Positions 1 to 9,994 of a stretch of 32,000 nucleotides of DNA are shown one piece after another. The stretch covers positions 1,410,001 to 1,442,000 of the forward strand of contig NC_018655.1 of the NCBI RefSeq assembly GCF_000299365.1. Reading direction: 5' to 3'. Within the stretch, counting starts at the first letter, position 1, and each line of letters begins with the position of its first letter. Made by a program: the position numbers and the translations under genes. This DNA is from Candidatus Nitrosopumilus koreensis AR1 (GTDB lineage: Archaea > Thermoproteota > Nitrososphaeria > Nitrososphaerales > Nitrosopumilaceae). The notes under the pieces were generated by a model. It saw only the letters and a list, made by a program, of their open reading frames with translations. It searched no databases and had not been told where the DNA came from.

Positions 1-502
1 TGAACAACCAGAAACCATGGAGGTTGAGGATACGGTAAATAAGGAATTGGATCCAATTGAAGAAACAATACCAGAAATTCAAGAAAAATTAGAAGACATT
101 GAAAAAATAAATCTTGAAAACGAATACACACCAAAAGAGAGAGAGTGGATTACTTCAGGACCATTTCAAATTGATCGAACTGAATATGTGTTGGGAGAGA
201 AAATTTTTCTCAGAATTGGCGGATTAGATTATGAAGAAAAAGGTCAAGTTGTATTTTTAAAACCAAAAAACAGTACACATTACGAAGTTTATTTATCAAT
301 TCCATTTGACGGGGCAGAAAAACCAGCATTCAATTATTATTTACAACCACAGCTTTCAAAATCAAGTGGATATTGTTCTGTGGATGAATTTGTAGGAGAA
401 TGGAGAGTTGTTTTTAGAGGGACCGATTACCCTAATTTAGAATTTAAAATCATAAATAAGATACTTCCAGGAGATGAAGAGAGTTATCAACCTGTTTGCT
501 AA
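1..502 (+). CDS. Hypothetical protein, probably the C-terminal part of a CDS starting upstream of the window
   Basis: The frame stays open from base 2 (E-Q-P-E-T before M17). Acidic linker is followed by a beta-rich domain (FQIDRTEYVLGEKIFLRIGG...). Stop at 502. Confidence 0.6.
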   Translation, partial: EQPETMEVEDTVNKELDPIEETIPEIQEKLEDIEKINLENEYTPKEREWITSGPFQIDRTEYVLGEKIFLRIGGLDYEEKGQVVFLKPKNSTHYEVYLSIPFDGAEKPAFNYYLQPQLSKSSGYCSVDEFVGEWRVVFRGTDYPNLEFKIINKILPGDEESYQPVC

Positions 503-503
503 T

Positions 504-839
504 TTATTTTTCAAGTGAGTTATGAAAACATACTCTCTCTCCAGTGTGACATGCAGGTCCCGATGGTTCAACAAGATAAATAATGGCATCAGAATCACAA
601 TCGACAAGAATTTCTTTGACTTTTTGAGTATTACCAGATTCTTCACCTTTCATCCAAAGTTTGTTTCTAGAACGACTGAAAAACCAAGAGTTACCAGTTT
701 TCTTTGTTAGTTCCAATGATTCCTTGTTTGAATATGCAAGAGTAAGTACATCTTTGGTGTTTGCATCTTGAACAATAATTGGAATCAGCCCTCCACTTTT
801 TTCAAAATCAATTTCTTCAATTGTTTTATCCATAGACAC
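504..839 (-). CDS. hisI: Phosphoribosyl-AMP cyclohydrolase
   Basis: 111 aa with HisI motifs (NKESLELTKKTG, SRSRNKLWMKGEESGNTQKV, DCDSDAIIYLVEPSGPACHTG); follows hisF. Confidence 0.93.
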   Translation of the reverse strand: MSMDKTIEEIDFEKSGGLIPIIVQDANTKDVLTLAYSNKESLELTKKTGNSWFFSRSRNKLWMKGEESGNTQKVKEILVDCDSDAIIYLVEPSGPACHTGERVCFHNSLEK

Positions 840-855
840 TCATGACAGGATTTCT

Positions 856-1656
856 TTATAATCGTACAGAGATGTTTTTCTCTCTAAGAATTTCTTTGAC
901 TCTATTTACCGATTGGTCTTCATAGTGAAAAATTGAGGCAGCTAAAGCAGCATCAACATTAGATTTTTCAAATATTTCATACATGTCTTCTGGTTTTCCA
1001 CATCCTCCAGATGCAATAACTGGTACAGAAACAGTATCAACTATTTTTTTTGTAAGCAAAACATCATATCCATCTTTTGTTCCATCTTTATCTATACTAG
1101 TTAGAAGTACTTCTCCAGCACCAAGTTCTGTTGCTTTTTTTGCCCATTGAATGGCATCAAGTCCAGTTTCCCGTTTACCACCATAAATGAAAACCTCAAA
1201 CCAAAACTTTTTTCCATTTTCTTCAAACATTGTTTTAGTAGAATCCTCAGAATAATTTCGTTTTGCATCTATAGCTATCACAACACATTGTTTTCCAAAT
1301 ACAGTCATAAGTTCAGTTAACAGTGTAGGGTTTTTTACAGCACCTGTATTCACTCCAACTTTGTCTGCACCACTAAGCAAAATATTTCTTGCATCATCCA
1401 TACTGTTTACCCCACCACCCACAGTAAATGGAATATCAATGACTTTAGCAACACTAGCTACCAGTTCTTTGATTGTTTTTCTTTTTTCTTGAGATGCAGT
1501 GATATCTAAAAAAACAAGTTCGTCTGCTCCATCTTTACTATATTTGGCAGCAAGCTCAACTGGATCTCCTGCATCCTTTATTGATTCAAAGTTTAATCCT
1601 TTGACTACTCGTCCATTATCTACATCCAGACATGGAATGATTCGTTTAGTCAACAA
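856..1656 (-). CDS. hisF: Imidazole glycerol phosphate synthase cyclase subunit
   Basis: [19 protein letters not shown]...[14 protein letters not shown]...[13 protein letters not shown]. The likely start is a TTG at 1653-1656 preceded by GGAGG; the ORF-track extension to 1692 overlaps hisA. Confidence 0.93.
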   Translation of the reverse strand: MLTKRIIPCLDVDNGRVVKGLNFESIKDAGDPVELAAKYSKDGADELVFLDITASQEKRKTIKELVASVAKVIDIPFTVGGGVNSMDDARNILLSGADKVGVNTGAVKNPTLLTELMTVFGKQCVVIAIDAKRNYSEDSTKTMFEENGKKFWFEVFIYGGKRETGLDAIQWAKKATELGAGEVLLTSIDKDGTKDGYDVLLTKKIVDTVSVPVIASGGCGKPEDMYEIFEKSNVDAALAASIFHYEDQSVNRVKEILREKNISVRL

Positions 1657-2356
1657 GTTGTTTTGCCTCCTCAATTGATATCTTGTTTTCATATAGTGCT
1701 TTACCCAAAATTACTGCAAATGCATTTTTTGTTTGTACATTTGATACATCATCAATATTTGATATCCCACCACTTGCAATTACATTTGTATTTTGTATAG
1801 CACATGCTTTTTCTAAAAATTCCAAGTCAGGGCCTTCCATTGTTCCATCCTTGCTTACATTTGTGAGTAAAAATTCGGTAAATCCCATGTTTACAAATTC
1901 ATGTATTGCATCAATCAAAGGTGTTTTTGTACTCTCTTTCCATCCATGTGTAACAATAAATCCATCTACATGATCAACTGAGATTACAATTTTTGAAAAT
2001 CCATATTTTTTAGCAATATATTGCAATAATTCTTTATTTTTAAATGCCAAAGTACCAAGAACAATTCGAGTGGCAAAAGAAATTGCCCTATCAATTGTTA
2101 CCTCATCACGTAGACCACCAGCCACCTCAACAGGTATGGACAATTCCGTTGTAATTTCTTCAATCAAATCCAAATTACTTCCAGTTCCAAGTGTTGCATC
2201 TAAATCAACAATATGCAACATATCAGCTCCTGCTTCTTGCCATTTTTTGGCAACAGATACAGGATCATCACTATAAACCGTTTTTTGTTTAGGATCTCCT
2301 TTGTATAATCGAACTACTTGTCCATCCATCAAATCAATTGCAGGAATTATTTTCAT
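1646..2356 (-). CDS. hisA: ProFAR isomerase
   Basis: [21 protein letters not shown]...[17 protein letters not shown]...[14 protein letters not shown]; operon context. Confidence 0.93.
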   Translation of the reverse strand: MKIIPAIDLMDGQVVRLYKGDPKQKTVYSDDPVSVAKKWQEAGADMLHIVDLDATLGTGSNLDLIEEITTELSIPVEVAGGLRDEVTIDRAISFATRIVLGTLAFKNKELLQYIAKKYGFSKIVISVDHVDGFIVTHGWKESTKTPLIDAIHEFVNMGFTEFLLTNVSKDGTMEGPDLEFLEKACAIQNTNVIASGGISNIDDVSNVQTKNAFAVILGKALYENKISIEEAKQLVD

Positions 2357-2955
2357 TTAGAACACTCACGTAGAAAATTCTTTAGCATTAATGCACCAAC
2401 ATCGCCTGATTTTTCTGGATGAAATTGAGTTCCAAAATAATTTTCTTTTTGAACAATAGATGGGACTTTTACATCATAATCAGATTCTGCAACTATTACA
2501 TCTAGATTTTTAGGATTTGCTCTGTAAGAATGTACAAAGTATACCCACGAATTGTTTTCTACACCCTCAAGAATTTTATTTTCTTGTTTTATTTCAAGTG
2601 CATTCCATCCCATGTGTGGAACCTTTAGAGTATCAGGTAAAACAATGACATCACCATCAATTATTCCAAGACCTTTTTCTTTTCCTTCCTGACTCTTCTC
2701 AAAGAACATTTCCATTCCCAGACATATCCCAAATACAGGCGTACTGCCCACAACCTGAAGAAAGTCTACAGAATCACGATTAATACTCTGTATTGCAGGA
2801 TCAAAATTTCCAACTCCTGGCAAAAAGATTCCATCATATCCAGTTAGTTTGTCAACTTGAGTTTGAACTTCTACGGTTGCATTTTGTTTTTCCAGTGCAT
2901 TTTTGAGACTGAAAATATTTCCAGCTCCGTAATCAAAAATAGCAATCTTTGTCAT
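2353..2955 (-). CDS. hisH: Imidazole glycerol phosphate synthase glutamine amidotransferase subunit
   Basis: IAIFDYGAGNIFSLKNAL, GIFLPGVGNF, PVFGICLGMEMFF, GTQFHPEKSG; ATGA overlap with hisA. Confidence 0.94.
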   Translation of the reverse strand: MTKIAIFDYGAGNIFSLKNALEKQNATVEVQTQVDKLTGYDGIFLPGVGNFDPAIQSINRDSVDFLQVVGSTPVFGICLGMEMFFEKSQEGKEKGLGIIDGDVIVLPDTLKVPHMGWNALEIKQENKILEGVENNSWVYFVHSYRANPKNLDVIVAESDYDVKVPSIVQKENYFGTQFHPEKSGDVGALMLKNFLRECSK

Positions 2956-3542
2956 TACATTGCGCCTTTTGTACTAGGGATTCCTTTTTGTTTTGGGTCT
3001 TTCGAACATGCAATCCTAAATGCTACTGCCAAGGATTTTATTGCAGATTCTACCTTGTGGTGATCGTTGTCCCCATACTTTACAGTAAGGTGGATACAGC
3101 TGTTAAGATTTTGTAGTAAAGATTGGAAAAAGTGTTCAAGATCTTCTTTTGATACATCTTCAATCTTTGTTCTCTTGATGGACAAAGATAATTTGTAAAA
3201 TGGTCTTTTTACCAAATCTACTGATACTTCAGCTAATGATTCATCCATTGGAACAGATGCATAGCTAAATCTAGTAACGCCTGTTCTATTTCCTAATGCT
3301 TTATCAATTGCATTTCCAATTGTAATTGCAGTATCTTCAATTAAGTGATGTACAATATTGTCTTTTGATTTTGCTTTTACTGTTAAATCCAACATTGCAT
3401 GTTTTCCAAATGCAGTAATCAAGTGATCAATAAAGTTAACATCAGTAGATATGTTGGTTTTTCCTGTACCATCAATGTTAACTGTAACTGAAACACTTGT
3501 TTCTTTTGTTTCACGTTTTATTTTGCTTGAGCGTTTTTTCAT
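2955..3542 (-). CDS. hisB: Imidazoleglycerol-phosphate dehydratase
   Basis: [59 protein letters not shown]. Confidence 0.94.
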   Translation of the reverse strand: MKKRSSKIKRETKETSVSVTVNIDGTGKTNISTDVNFIDHLITAFGKHAMLDLTVKAKSKDNIVHHLIEDTAITIGNAIDKALGNRTGVTRFSYASVPMDESLAEVSVDLVKRPFYKLSLSIKRTKIEDVSKEDLEHFFQSLLQNLNSCIHLTVKYGDNDHHKVESAIKSLAVAFRIACSKDPKQKGIPSTKGAM

Positions 3543-3570
3543 TTTATCACCAGAGAATAATCATACTTTA

Positions 3571-4491
3571 TCAAACTAAATTTAATACCTTCGGAATATC
3601 ATTTATTGATTCAAGAATCATTTGCACGCCTGACTTTGCAAATAGTTTACGTCTATCTTCAGGATTTGTGCTTGTACCCACAATTGCACAAAAAGTGGTA
3701 GGATTTCCTGCCGCTGTTGCATCTTTTGCCATCATATAATCCTCCATTGAATCGCCCACATACAGACAATTTTTTGAACCCATAGCTTGTATAGCGCGAA
3801 TAAGTGCTGCAGGATTTGGTTTTGCCAACGCTCTTGGTTCGTCTTCTAAAAATGCAGAGCTGTTTATGTCAAAGTAATTTAGCATGTCTTTTAGGGAATA
3901 ACGAATTGATTCAATTCCTCTGCCAGTAACAACTGCCAATTTTTTTCCAAATTCTTTTTGCAATGTTTTCAATAGAGATACAGATAAAATTACTTTATCA
4001 TTTGAGATCATACCTTTTTCAGAAAATTTTGATGGTTTTTCAAACAATTTTTCATACAGTTCTGGTCCAAAAAAAATCTGATCAAAGATAGAATAAACTG
4101 GATTGCGGTGTCTATCATCTAATGAACCTAATTTAGATAAAAATTCAGAAATATCACAAATGGATTTAACATAACTCTGAACAGAAAGTATTCCAGTTTT
4201 ATCAGTATTTGATATAACTTTACAGATAAATTCAGAGGGATTCTCGTTTAGTTTATCAGCTACATACAATGACAATACTGCAGCATATGTCAAGTCAACT
4301 TCATCATTGAATCCCCCTGATGCTTTGAACCCATCAATTATTTTATGATCAATAGTAATGGAATCAATTCCTGCATATTCTTTAAGGATGTATTTGCATG
4401 TCTTGTCGATTGTTTTGTCATAAGACTGAGTAATATCTACCAACACTCCATCACAATCAAAAATTATAGAATCAAATTTTTGATTGTTCAA
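3571..4491 (-). CDS. HAD-superfamily phosphatase embedded in the his operon; candidate histidinol-phosphate phosphatase
   Basis: FDSIIFDCDGVLVDITQSYD (motif I), VVTGR (motif II), KPNPAALIRAIQ, LYVGDSMEDYMMAKDA (motif IV). Located between hisC and hisB. Confidence 0.8.
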   Translation of the reverse strand: MNNQKFDSIIFDCDGVLVDITQSYDKTIDKTCKYILKEYAGIDSITIDHKIIDGFKASGGFNDEVDLTYAAVLSLYVADKLNENPSEFICKVISNTDKTGILSVQSYVKSICDISEFLSKLGSLDDRHRNPVYSIFDQIFFGPELYEKLFEKPSKFSEKGMISNDKVILSVSLLKTLQKEFGKKLAVVTGRGIESIRYSLKDMLNYFDINSSAFLEDEPRALAKPNPAALIRAIQAMGSKNCLYVGDSMEDYMMAKDATAAGNPTTFCAIVGTSTNPEDRRKLFAKSGVQMILESINDIPKVLNLV

Positions 4492-4495
4492 TTTT

Positions 4496-5566
4496 TTATC
4501 CTAAAAGATCACGTATTGCTAAAAGGAATTTTGAATTCATTTCCTTAGTTCCAACAGTAACACGCAGACATCCAGAATGAGAACCAATCTTACCCAGTTT
4601 ACGTATGGAAATTCCTTGTTCAACTAGTGCAGCAAACACACGCTTGTCTGCACCTTTAGCATCAAATAGGACAAAATTAGCCTTGGAATCAAATACTGTA
4701 AAAGCATCGTATTTGCGTAGAGTCTCAATGATTTTTTTGCGCTCGGCCTTGATGATTTCTGCTGCCTCCCTCATCTGATCTACTTTGTCCAGTGAGGCAA
4801 TTCCTGCCTCAATTGCAAGAGTGTTAAGAGGATATGGATATTGCAATACTTGGTTGAACACCTCAACTATTTTCTTGTTTGCCACAAAGTATCCTAAACG
4901 AAGACCTGCCAAACCAAAAGCTTTGGAAAATGTTTTGACAACTACAAGATTGTCATATTTTTTGGTTAGTGAAACAGTTGATGAGTCACCAAATTCTCCA
5001 TATGCTTCATCAATAATTACCAACCCATCAAATTTTTTGAGCAATGATTCTATCTGAGTCTTTGAAAATTGGAAACCAGTAGGATTGTTTGGGGAATCCA
5101 AGTATAGAATTTGACATTTTCCTAAATTAGCATTGAATTTTTCAAGATCTAATTTCATATCAGATGAAAAAGGGATCTTGATACAAGGAATTGCATATAG
5201 TTTACATCGTTCTTCAAAAAAACCAAATGTTGGATCAGACGTTAGAATTCTAGTCTTTTTTGATGCCAGGTTTGTTAAAAACAAATCCAAGATTTGATCA
5301 GAGCCATTTCCAACACCAATCATGTTTTCAGAAACTTTAAGATACTTTGATAGTTTTGATACCAGTCTTTCTATTCCACCCAACGGATATTCTCTAACAT
5401 CAGAATTTGCTCTAGCATAAGAAATGACATCCTGTTGAAATTTTTTGTTTATTACAAAATTCTCATTAGAGTCTAGTTTTAAAACATCATCAAACTTTTC
5501 AGGTTTTTTGTAACCACTTAGCTTTGCATATTCTTCTAATTTTTTTGCATACCACGAGTTTTTCAT
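4496..5566 (-). CDS. hisC: Histidinol-phosphate aminotransferase
   Basis: KLDSNENFVINK, GNGSDQILDLFLTNL, DSPNNPTG, IIDEAYGEF, VVKTFSKAFGLAGLRLGY. Confidence 0.93.
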   Translation of the reverse strand: MKNSWYAKKLEEYAKLSGYKKPEKFDDVLKLDSNENFVINKKFQQDVISYARANSDVREYPLGGIERLVSKLSKYLKVSENMIGVGNGSDQILDLFLTNLASKKTRILTSDPTFGFFEERCKLYAIPCIKIPFSSDMKLDLEKFNANLGKCQILYLDSPNNPTGFQFSKTQIESLLKKFDGLVIIDEAYGEFGDSSTVSLTKKYDNLVVVKTFSKAFGLAGLRLGYFVANKKIVEVFNQVLQYPYPLNTLAIEAGIASLDKVDQMREAAEIIKAERKKIIETLRKYDAFTVFDSKANFVLFDAKGADKRVFAALVEQGISIRKLGKIGSHSGCLRVTVGTKEMNSKFLLAIRDLLG

Positions 5567-6831
5567 TACAATCTACCCCTTACTGCCTCATAGTGATTTG
5601 GCAATCCTTCTGCTAAAGTGAGATCCTGCATAGATTTTGATATTTTCTGTAAATCTTTTTTGCTAGTTTCTACTTTGGTTAAGAGTTTTACAAAATCTAA
5701 TACAGATAAGGAACCTCGAGTTTTGCCAAATCCGTTTGTTGGTAATATGTGATTTGAGCCTAGTAAATAATCACTTGCAGAAGATGGACTGTTTTTTCCG
5801 AGTAAAACTAATCCAGGATTTTTGATTTTATTCCATTTTTTAACATTTTTGCTCATAATCTCCAAGTGCTCAGGTGCCAGATCATTTACAATATTGACAA
5901 TATCAGATGCCTTACACACACCAATGAATCCATTTGATTCAAGACTAGATTTTACAATCTTTGAGCGCTGAATATTTTGGAGTTTAGAATTTACACTAGA
6001 TTGGATTTTCTTTGCAATTGAGTTTGAGGTAGTCAGTGCATAACAAAATGTATCTGAAGAGTGTTCTGCTTGTGAAATAAGATCTAGTGCTGCAAGATCA
6101 GCATCTGTTGCAGAATCAATGACAATTCCTAGTTCAGTTGGACCTGCCATCATGTCTATGGATACAATATTGCTTACCAGATATTTTGCTAAAGTAACAA
6201 ATGCACCACCAGGTCCTACAATCTTATCTACTTTTTTGATAGAAGGTGTCCCATATGTTAATGCTGCTATTGATTGTGCACCACCAGTTTTGTAAATTTC
6301 AGTTGCGCCACAAATATCAGCTGCCACAATCGTTAATGGATCTATATTTCCTAAAGAGTTAGGTGGAGATACTACAACTATTCTTTTCACACCTGCAATT
6401 TGTGCAGGAGTAACAGACATTACAGCAGAACTTGGATATCTTGCCATTCCACCTGGCACATAACATCCAACGCTATCAATTGGAACAAAGGATTTTGAGA
6501 GTTTTGTTCCATCAAATTTTATTGTAATATCTTTGAACTGACGTTTTATTGCAGATTCTGCTTTTGATAATCTTGATTTTGCGAGTTTGATTGCAGAGAT
6601 ATCCTTTGCTGAAACTTTAGAGTATGCACTAGTAATTTCACGTTGTGAAACTCTTAATGACGAAATTTTACCTGCTCCAAACTTTTTTTCATATTTTTTA
6701 AGTGCAGTATCACCATTATTTTTTACATCGTTGAGTATAGATTCTACAATTTTCTGGTTTTTTGAAGAGTTTTTTGTGCCTATTTTCTTTAGAAACTGCT
6801 CTGGGTTATTAATTGAAATGATTTTCATCAA
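5566..6831 (-). CDS. hisD: Histidinol dehydrogenase
   Basis: CYVPGGMARYPSSAVMSVTPAQIAGV, GGAQSIAALTYG, VDKIVGPGGAFVTLAK, AGPTELGIV, QAEHS. Confidence 0.94.
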   Translation of the reverse strand: MMKIISINNPEQFLKKIGTKNSSKNQKIVESILNDVKNNGDTALKKYEKKFGAGKISSLRVSQREITSAYSKVSAKDISAIKLAKSRLSKAESAIKRQFKDITIKFDGTKLSKSFVPIDSVGCYVPGGMARYPSSAVMSVTPAQIAGVKRIVVVSPPNSLGNIDPLTIVAADICGATEIYKTGGAQSIAALTYGTPSIKKVDKIVGPGGAFVTLAKYLVSNIVSIDMMAGPTELGIVIDSATDADLAALDLISQAEHSSDTFCYALTTSNSIAKKIQSSVNSKLQNIQRSKIVKSSLESNGFIGVCKASDIVNIVNDLAPEHLEIMSKNVKKWNKIKNPGLVLLGKNSPSSASDYLLGSNHILPTNGFGKTRGSLSVLDFVKLLTKVETSKKDLQKISKSMQDLTLAEGLPNHYEAVRGRL

Positions 6832-7805
6832 TTTTCCTCATCACGTTTGATCTCCTCAAGTTCCAGGATTTGTCGTGGTTCATGTACCACTAATCCTTGT
6901 GCAATCTTTCGTAATTTTGGAATTATTTTGTGAAATTCTGATTTTTTAATCACTGTGTTTACACCATACCAACCATCTTCGCTTAGTGGACTAATTGTTG
7001 GTTTTTTTAATGATGAAATTTGTTTTAGCATCTTTGGTAGATTCTTCTCTTCTACATTTAGGTAAATGTGTAGGTATTTTTTGCCATGTACTGCACCTCT
7101 CATCAGAGTAACAATATCAAAAATCTTTTCTCGTTTTGCTTTGTCTTTAAGTGATTTTTTGTTTACTATTAGATGTGCAGTTGATGTGAGAACTTCATCT
7201 ACAATTTTGAGTTTATTTTGTTTTAGCGTAGTTCCAGTTTCAGTTACATCCATGATTGCATCCACATCTTCTGGGGGTTTTGCCTCTGTTGCACCAAATG
7301 ACAGATGAATCTGAACTGATTTGTTAGTTCCAATACGCAGCCAAGGAGTGATAATTTGTGGATCTTTGTTTCCAAAATATTTTTTGTAAGATTTGCAACT
7401 CTTGATAAAACGAGACGCGGTTGTGAGATATTCAGAAGAAATTCTCAAAGTCTTTTTCATTTTAGCATAATCTGCAATCATTGCATCTAGATTTTTGTAT
7501 CGATAATTATCTGGAAATGCAATAACTAGTCTAATCTTACCATATTCTAGGTCCAGAATTGGTTCTACATCAGCGTTTGTTTCACCTACCCAATCTTTTC
7601 CAGTAATTCCTACATCGTATAATCCTTCATTAACTAAGGTTGGAATCTCCTGAGGTCGAAGCATCTTTACAATAATTTTTGGATCATCAAGATATACTCT
7701 GTATGTTCTACTCTTACGGTTGACCTTGGTCCATGACCTCTCCAAAAGCTTGAATGTAGCTTCCTCCAAACTTCCTTTAGGAATAGCAAACCTAATTTCA
7801 GACAT
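6828..7805 (-). CDS. hisG: ATP phosphoribosyltransferase, long form
   Basis: RFAIPKGSLEEATFKLLERS, YDVGITGKDWVGE, DVDAIMDVTETGTTLKQNKL; C-terminal regulatory-like extension; first gene of the his operon. Confidence 0.9.
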   Translation of the reverse strand: MSEIRFAIPKGSLEEATFKLLERSWTKVNRKSRTYRVYLDDPKIIVKMLRPQEIPTLVNEGLYDVGITGKDWVGETNADVEPILDLEYGKIRLVIAFPDNYRYKNLDAMIADYAKMKKTLRISSEYLTTASRFIKSCKSYKKYFGNKDPQIITPWLRIGTNKSVQIHLSFGATEAKPPEDVDAIMDVTETGTTLKQNKLKIVDEVLTSTAHLIVNKKSLKDKAKREKIFDIVTLMRGAVHGKKYLHIYLNVEEKNLPKMLKQISSLKKPTISPLSEDGWYGVNTVIKKSEFHKIIPKLRKIAQGLVVHEPRQILELEEIKRDEEN

Positions 7806-7822
7806 AATTTTACTTCGAAAAA

Positions 7823-7836
7823 CCAGTATATAACAG
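7823..7836 (-). promoter_or_regulatory. Candidate TATA box for the his operon, possibly used divergently
   Basis: gtatataac centred about 25 nt upstream of the hisG start, the spacing expected for leaderless archaeal transcription. Confidence 0.4.
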
Positions 7837-7861
7837 ACTATTTAATTTAAAAGCAACATAA

Positions 7862-8737
7862 ATGAAAAAAGTAGTTTTCGCTCTAAGTGGAATAATAATA
7901 CTAATCACAGTTGTTTTAATATTTTTTTCACCACAAGAGAATTTGTCCAATACAGAAGAAAAAAACATCAGCCAAGACATAGTGTTTGATTTAAACTATA
8001 ACCCAGGTGGAAATCGTATTAATTTAGATACATCAGACCTTTTTTTGCAATACACATATGAAGAAGATCTAAACAAGGACATGAGTTTTAGATATTCTTG
8101 GTTTGAACCTAAAGAAGAATCACTGTCAATAATTAACGAAATGAAAAAGGGTGTGGGTAAAACAATTGTTATTCTTCCAGTTTTTACTCATTCTGCATAT
8201 GGTTCAAATGGATTTTATGATTATTATGATGGAATTTGCGGAAAAGAATGTTTAACTGTAAAAATAGATAGAGTACAACCACCGCAATATAATTCAGGAA
8301 AAAATGCAATCCAGATTTTAAATTTATTAGGATTTGAAATGATTTCTGATATTGATGTTCATAAAAATCCCAACATTTTGGTCCAATACGATAAAGTAAT
8401 TTTGTTACATAATGAATATGTCACAAAAGAAATGTTTGACGCAATTGATTCACATCCAAAAGTGTTGTATCTTTATCCAAATGCCCTTTATGCTGAAGTA
8501 TCTTATGATGAACAAAACGATGAAATCACATTAGTAAAAGGTCATGCATATCCAGATTCATCAATAGATAATGGGTTTAATTGGGAATTTGATAATACTA
8601 GACCGTATGAATATGATACAGAATGTGCAAATTGGGAATTTTATAAAATTGATAACGGTGTGATGTTAAATTGTTATCCAGAATACATTATTTGGAAAGA
8701 CACATCACTACTTGAATCAATAATAAAAAACGATTAA
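7862..8737 (+). CDS. Hypothetical protein with one N-terminal membrane anchor, probably extracytoplasmic
   Basis: MKKVVFALSGIIILITVVLIFFSP followed by a 265-aa soluble domain; 291 aa, intact ORF. Confidence 0.6.
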   Translation: MKKVVFALSGIIILITVVLIFFSPQENLSNTEEKNISQDIVFDLNYNPGGNRINLDTSDLFLQYTYEEDLNKDMSFRYSWFEPKEESLSIINEMKKGVGKTIVILPVFTHSAYGSNGFYDYYDGICGKECLTVKIDRVQPPQYNSGKNAIQILNLLGFEMISDIDVHKNPNILVQYDKVILLHNEYVTKEMFDAIDSHPKVLYLYPNALYAEVSYDEQNDEITLVKGHAYPDSSIDNGFNWEFDNTRPYEYDTECANWEFYKIDNGVMLNCYPEYIIWKDTSLLESIIKND

Positions 8738-9993
8738 TTCATACTTTTTACTAGTTCTTTAGCATTATCAAGAGAAATATTATTTTCTTCAATCATCTGA
8801 GAAACTATCTTATCAATCTGCTCAGTAGTGGCACCTGCTGCGGATGCCAAGTTTCTTGCATGAAGACGCATGTGTCCTTTTTGTATACCATCAGTTGCAA
8901 GTGCCCTCATAGCACTAAAGTTCTGAGCAAGACCTGTTGCAGCAATAATACAGGCCAGTTCTTTTGCAGATTCTGAACCTAGAATTTTGGTACAAATTTT
9001 TGCAACAGGATGAACATTGATGATGCCACCTACAATTCCAACAGACAATGGAATTTCCAGAGTACCAACAAGATTTCCATCAGAATCTTTATTCCATTCA
9101 GACAATGAGCGGTATTGCCCAGAGCGTGCAGCATATGCATTTGCAGCGGCTTCTATTGCACGACTGTCTTGTCCGGTAGCATTTGCCACTGCAATGATTC
9201 CATTCATGATTCCTTTGTTATGAGTTACTGCTCGATACACGTCGTGTTTTGCAAATTGATATGCATGAATCATATTGTCTACAACCTCGTCACCTCCAAC
9301 TGATTCCTTATCAAAAACAGCAGTTGCCTTTACCATACGTCTCGTAGAATAATTTGATAGTATTCTGAGAAGTGTTTTTCCTCCAGTTAATTTTTCAATT
9401 AATGGGGCAACACCTTCACACATTGTATTGGTAACGTTTGCACCCATTGCATCACCTACATCAATCAAAAGTTCAACAATTAACATTGGTTCAAAATCGG
9501 TGTCAAGTTTTTTGCATGTGATCTCTTTTGCTCCTTTTCCCATCTTAGAAAGTGTGTTACTTTTTGAATTTGCAAGATCCAAAATATCTTTGGTGTTTTC
9601 TTTGATTTTAGATATTGCATCATCTATATTTGCACCTAAAACTTGAATCTGTCCTATACTGTAAGACTCATCAGCAGCTACTGTAAACCCGCCTTTTGAT
9701 CTTGCAAGTTTGGCTGCCTTTGATGCTGCAGCAATTACAGAAGGCTCTTCAATTACCATAGGTACAAGATAATCTTTGTTGTTGATTTTGAAGTTAGTTG
9801 CAACTCCTAGTGGTAGTGAAAATGTTCCAAACGCATTTTCTACCATCTTATCTGCTTTATCAAATGTAATTCCACCATCAGGTAGTTCTAATGATTGAAT
9901 ATCATCTTCCGTTAGATTTGCAAAATTTTTGATTACATCTAGTCTTTCCTTTCTAGTCTTTTCAAAAAATTTTGAAATTGACGAGTCAGGCAT
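8734..9993 (-). CDS. Hydroxymethylglutaryl-CoA reductase, class II (bacterial/degradative-type) sequence
   Basis: MVENAFGTFSLPLGVATNFKIN, PMVIEEPSVIAAASKAAKLAR, VDVGDAMGANVTNTM, THNKGIMNGI, GTLEIPLSVGIVGG, LAQNFSAMRALATDGIQKGHMRLHARN. Resembles the Pseudomonas mevalonii enzyme throughout. Confidence 0.92.
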   Translation of the reverse strand: MPDSSISKFFEKTRKERLDVIKNFANLTEDDIQSLELPDGGITFDKADKMVENAFGTFSLPLGVATNFKINNKDYLVPMVIEEPSVIAAASKAAKLARSKGGFTVAADESYSIGQIQVLGANIDDAISKIKENTKDILDLANSKSNTLSKMGKGAKEITCKKLDTDFEPMLIVELLIDVGDAMGANVTNTMCEGVAPLIEKLTGGKTLLRILSNYSTRRMVKATAVFDKESVGGDEVVDNMIHAYQFAKHDVYRAVTHNKGIMNGIIAVANATGQDSRAIEAAANAYAARSGQYRSLSEWNKDSDGNLVGTLEIPLSVGIVGGIINVHPVAKICTKILGSESAKELACIIAATGLAQNFSAMRALATDGIQKGHMRLHARNLASAAGATTEQIDKIVSQMIEENNISLDNAKELVKSMN

Positions 9994-9994
9994 T

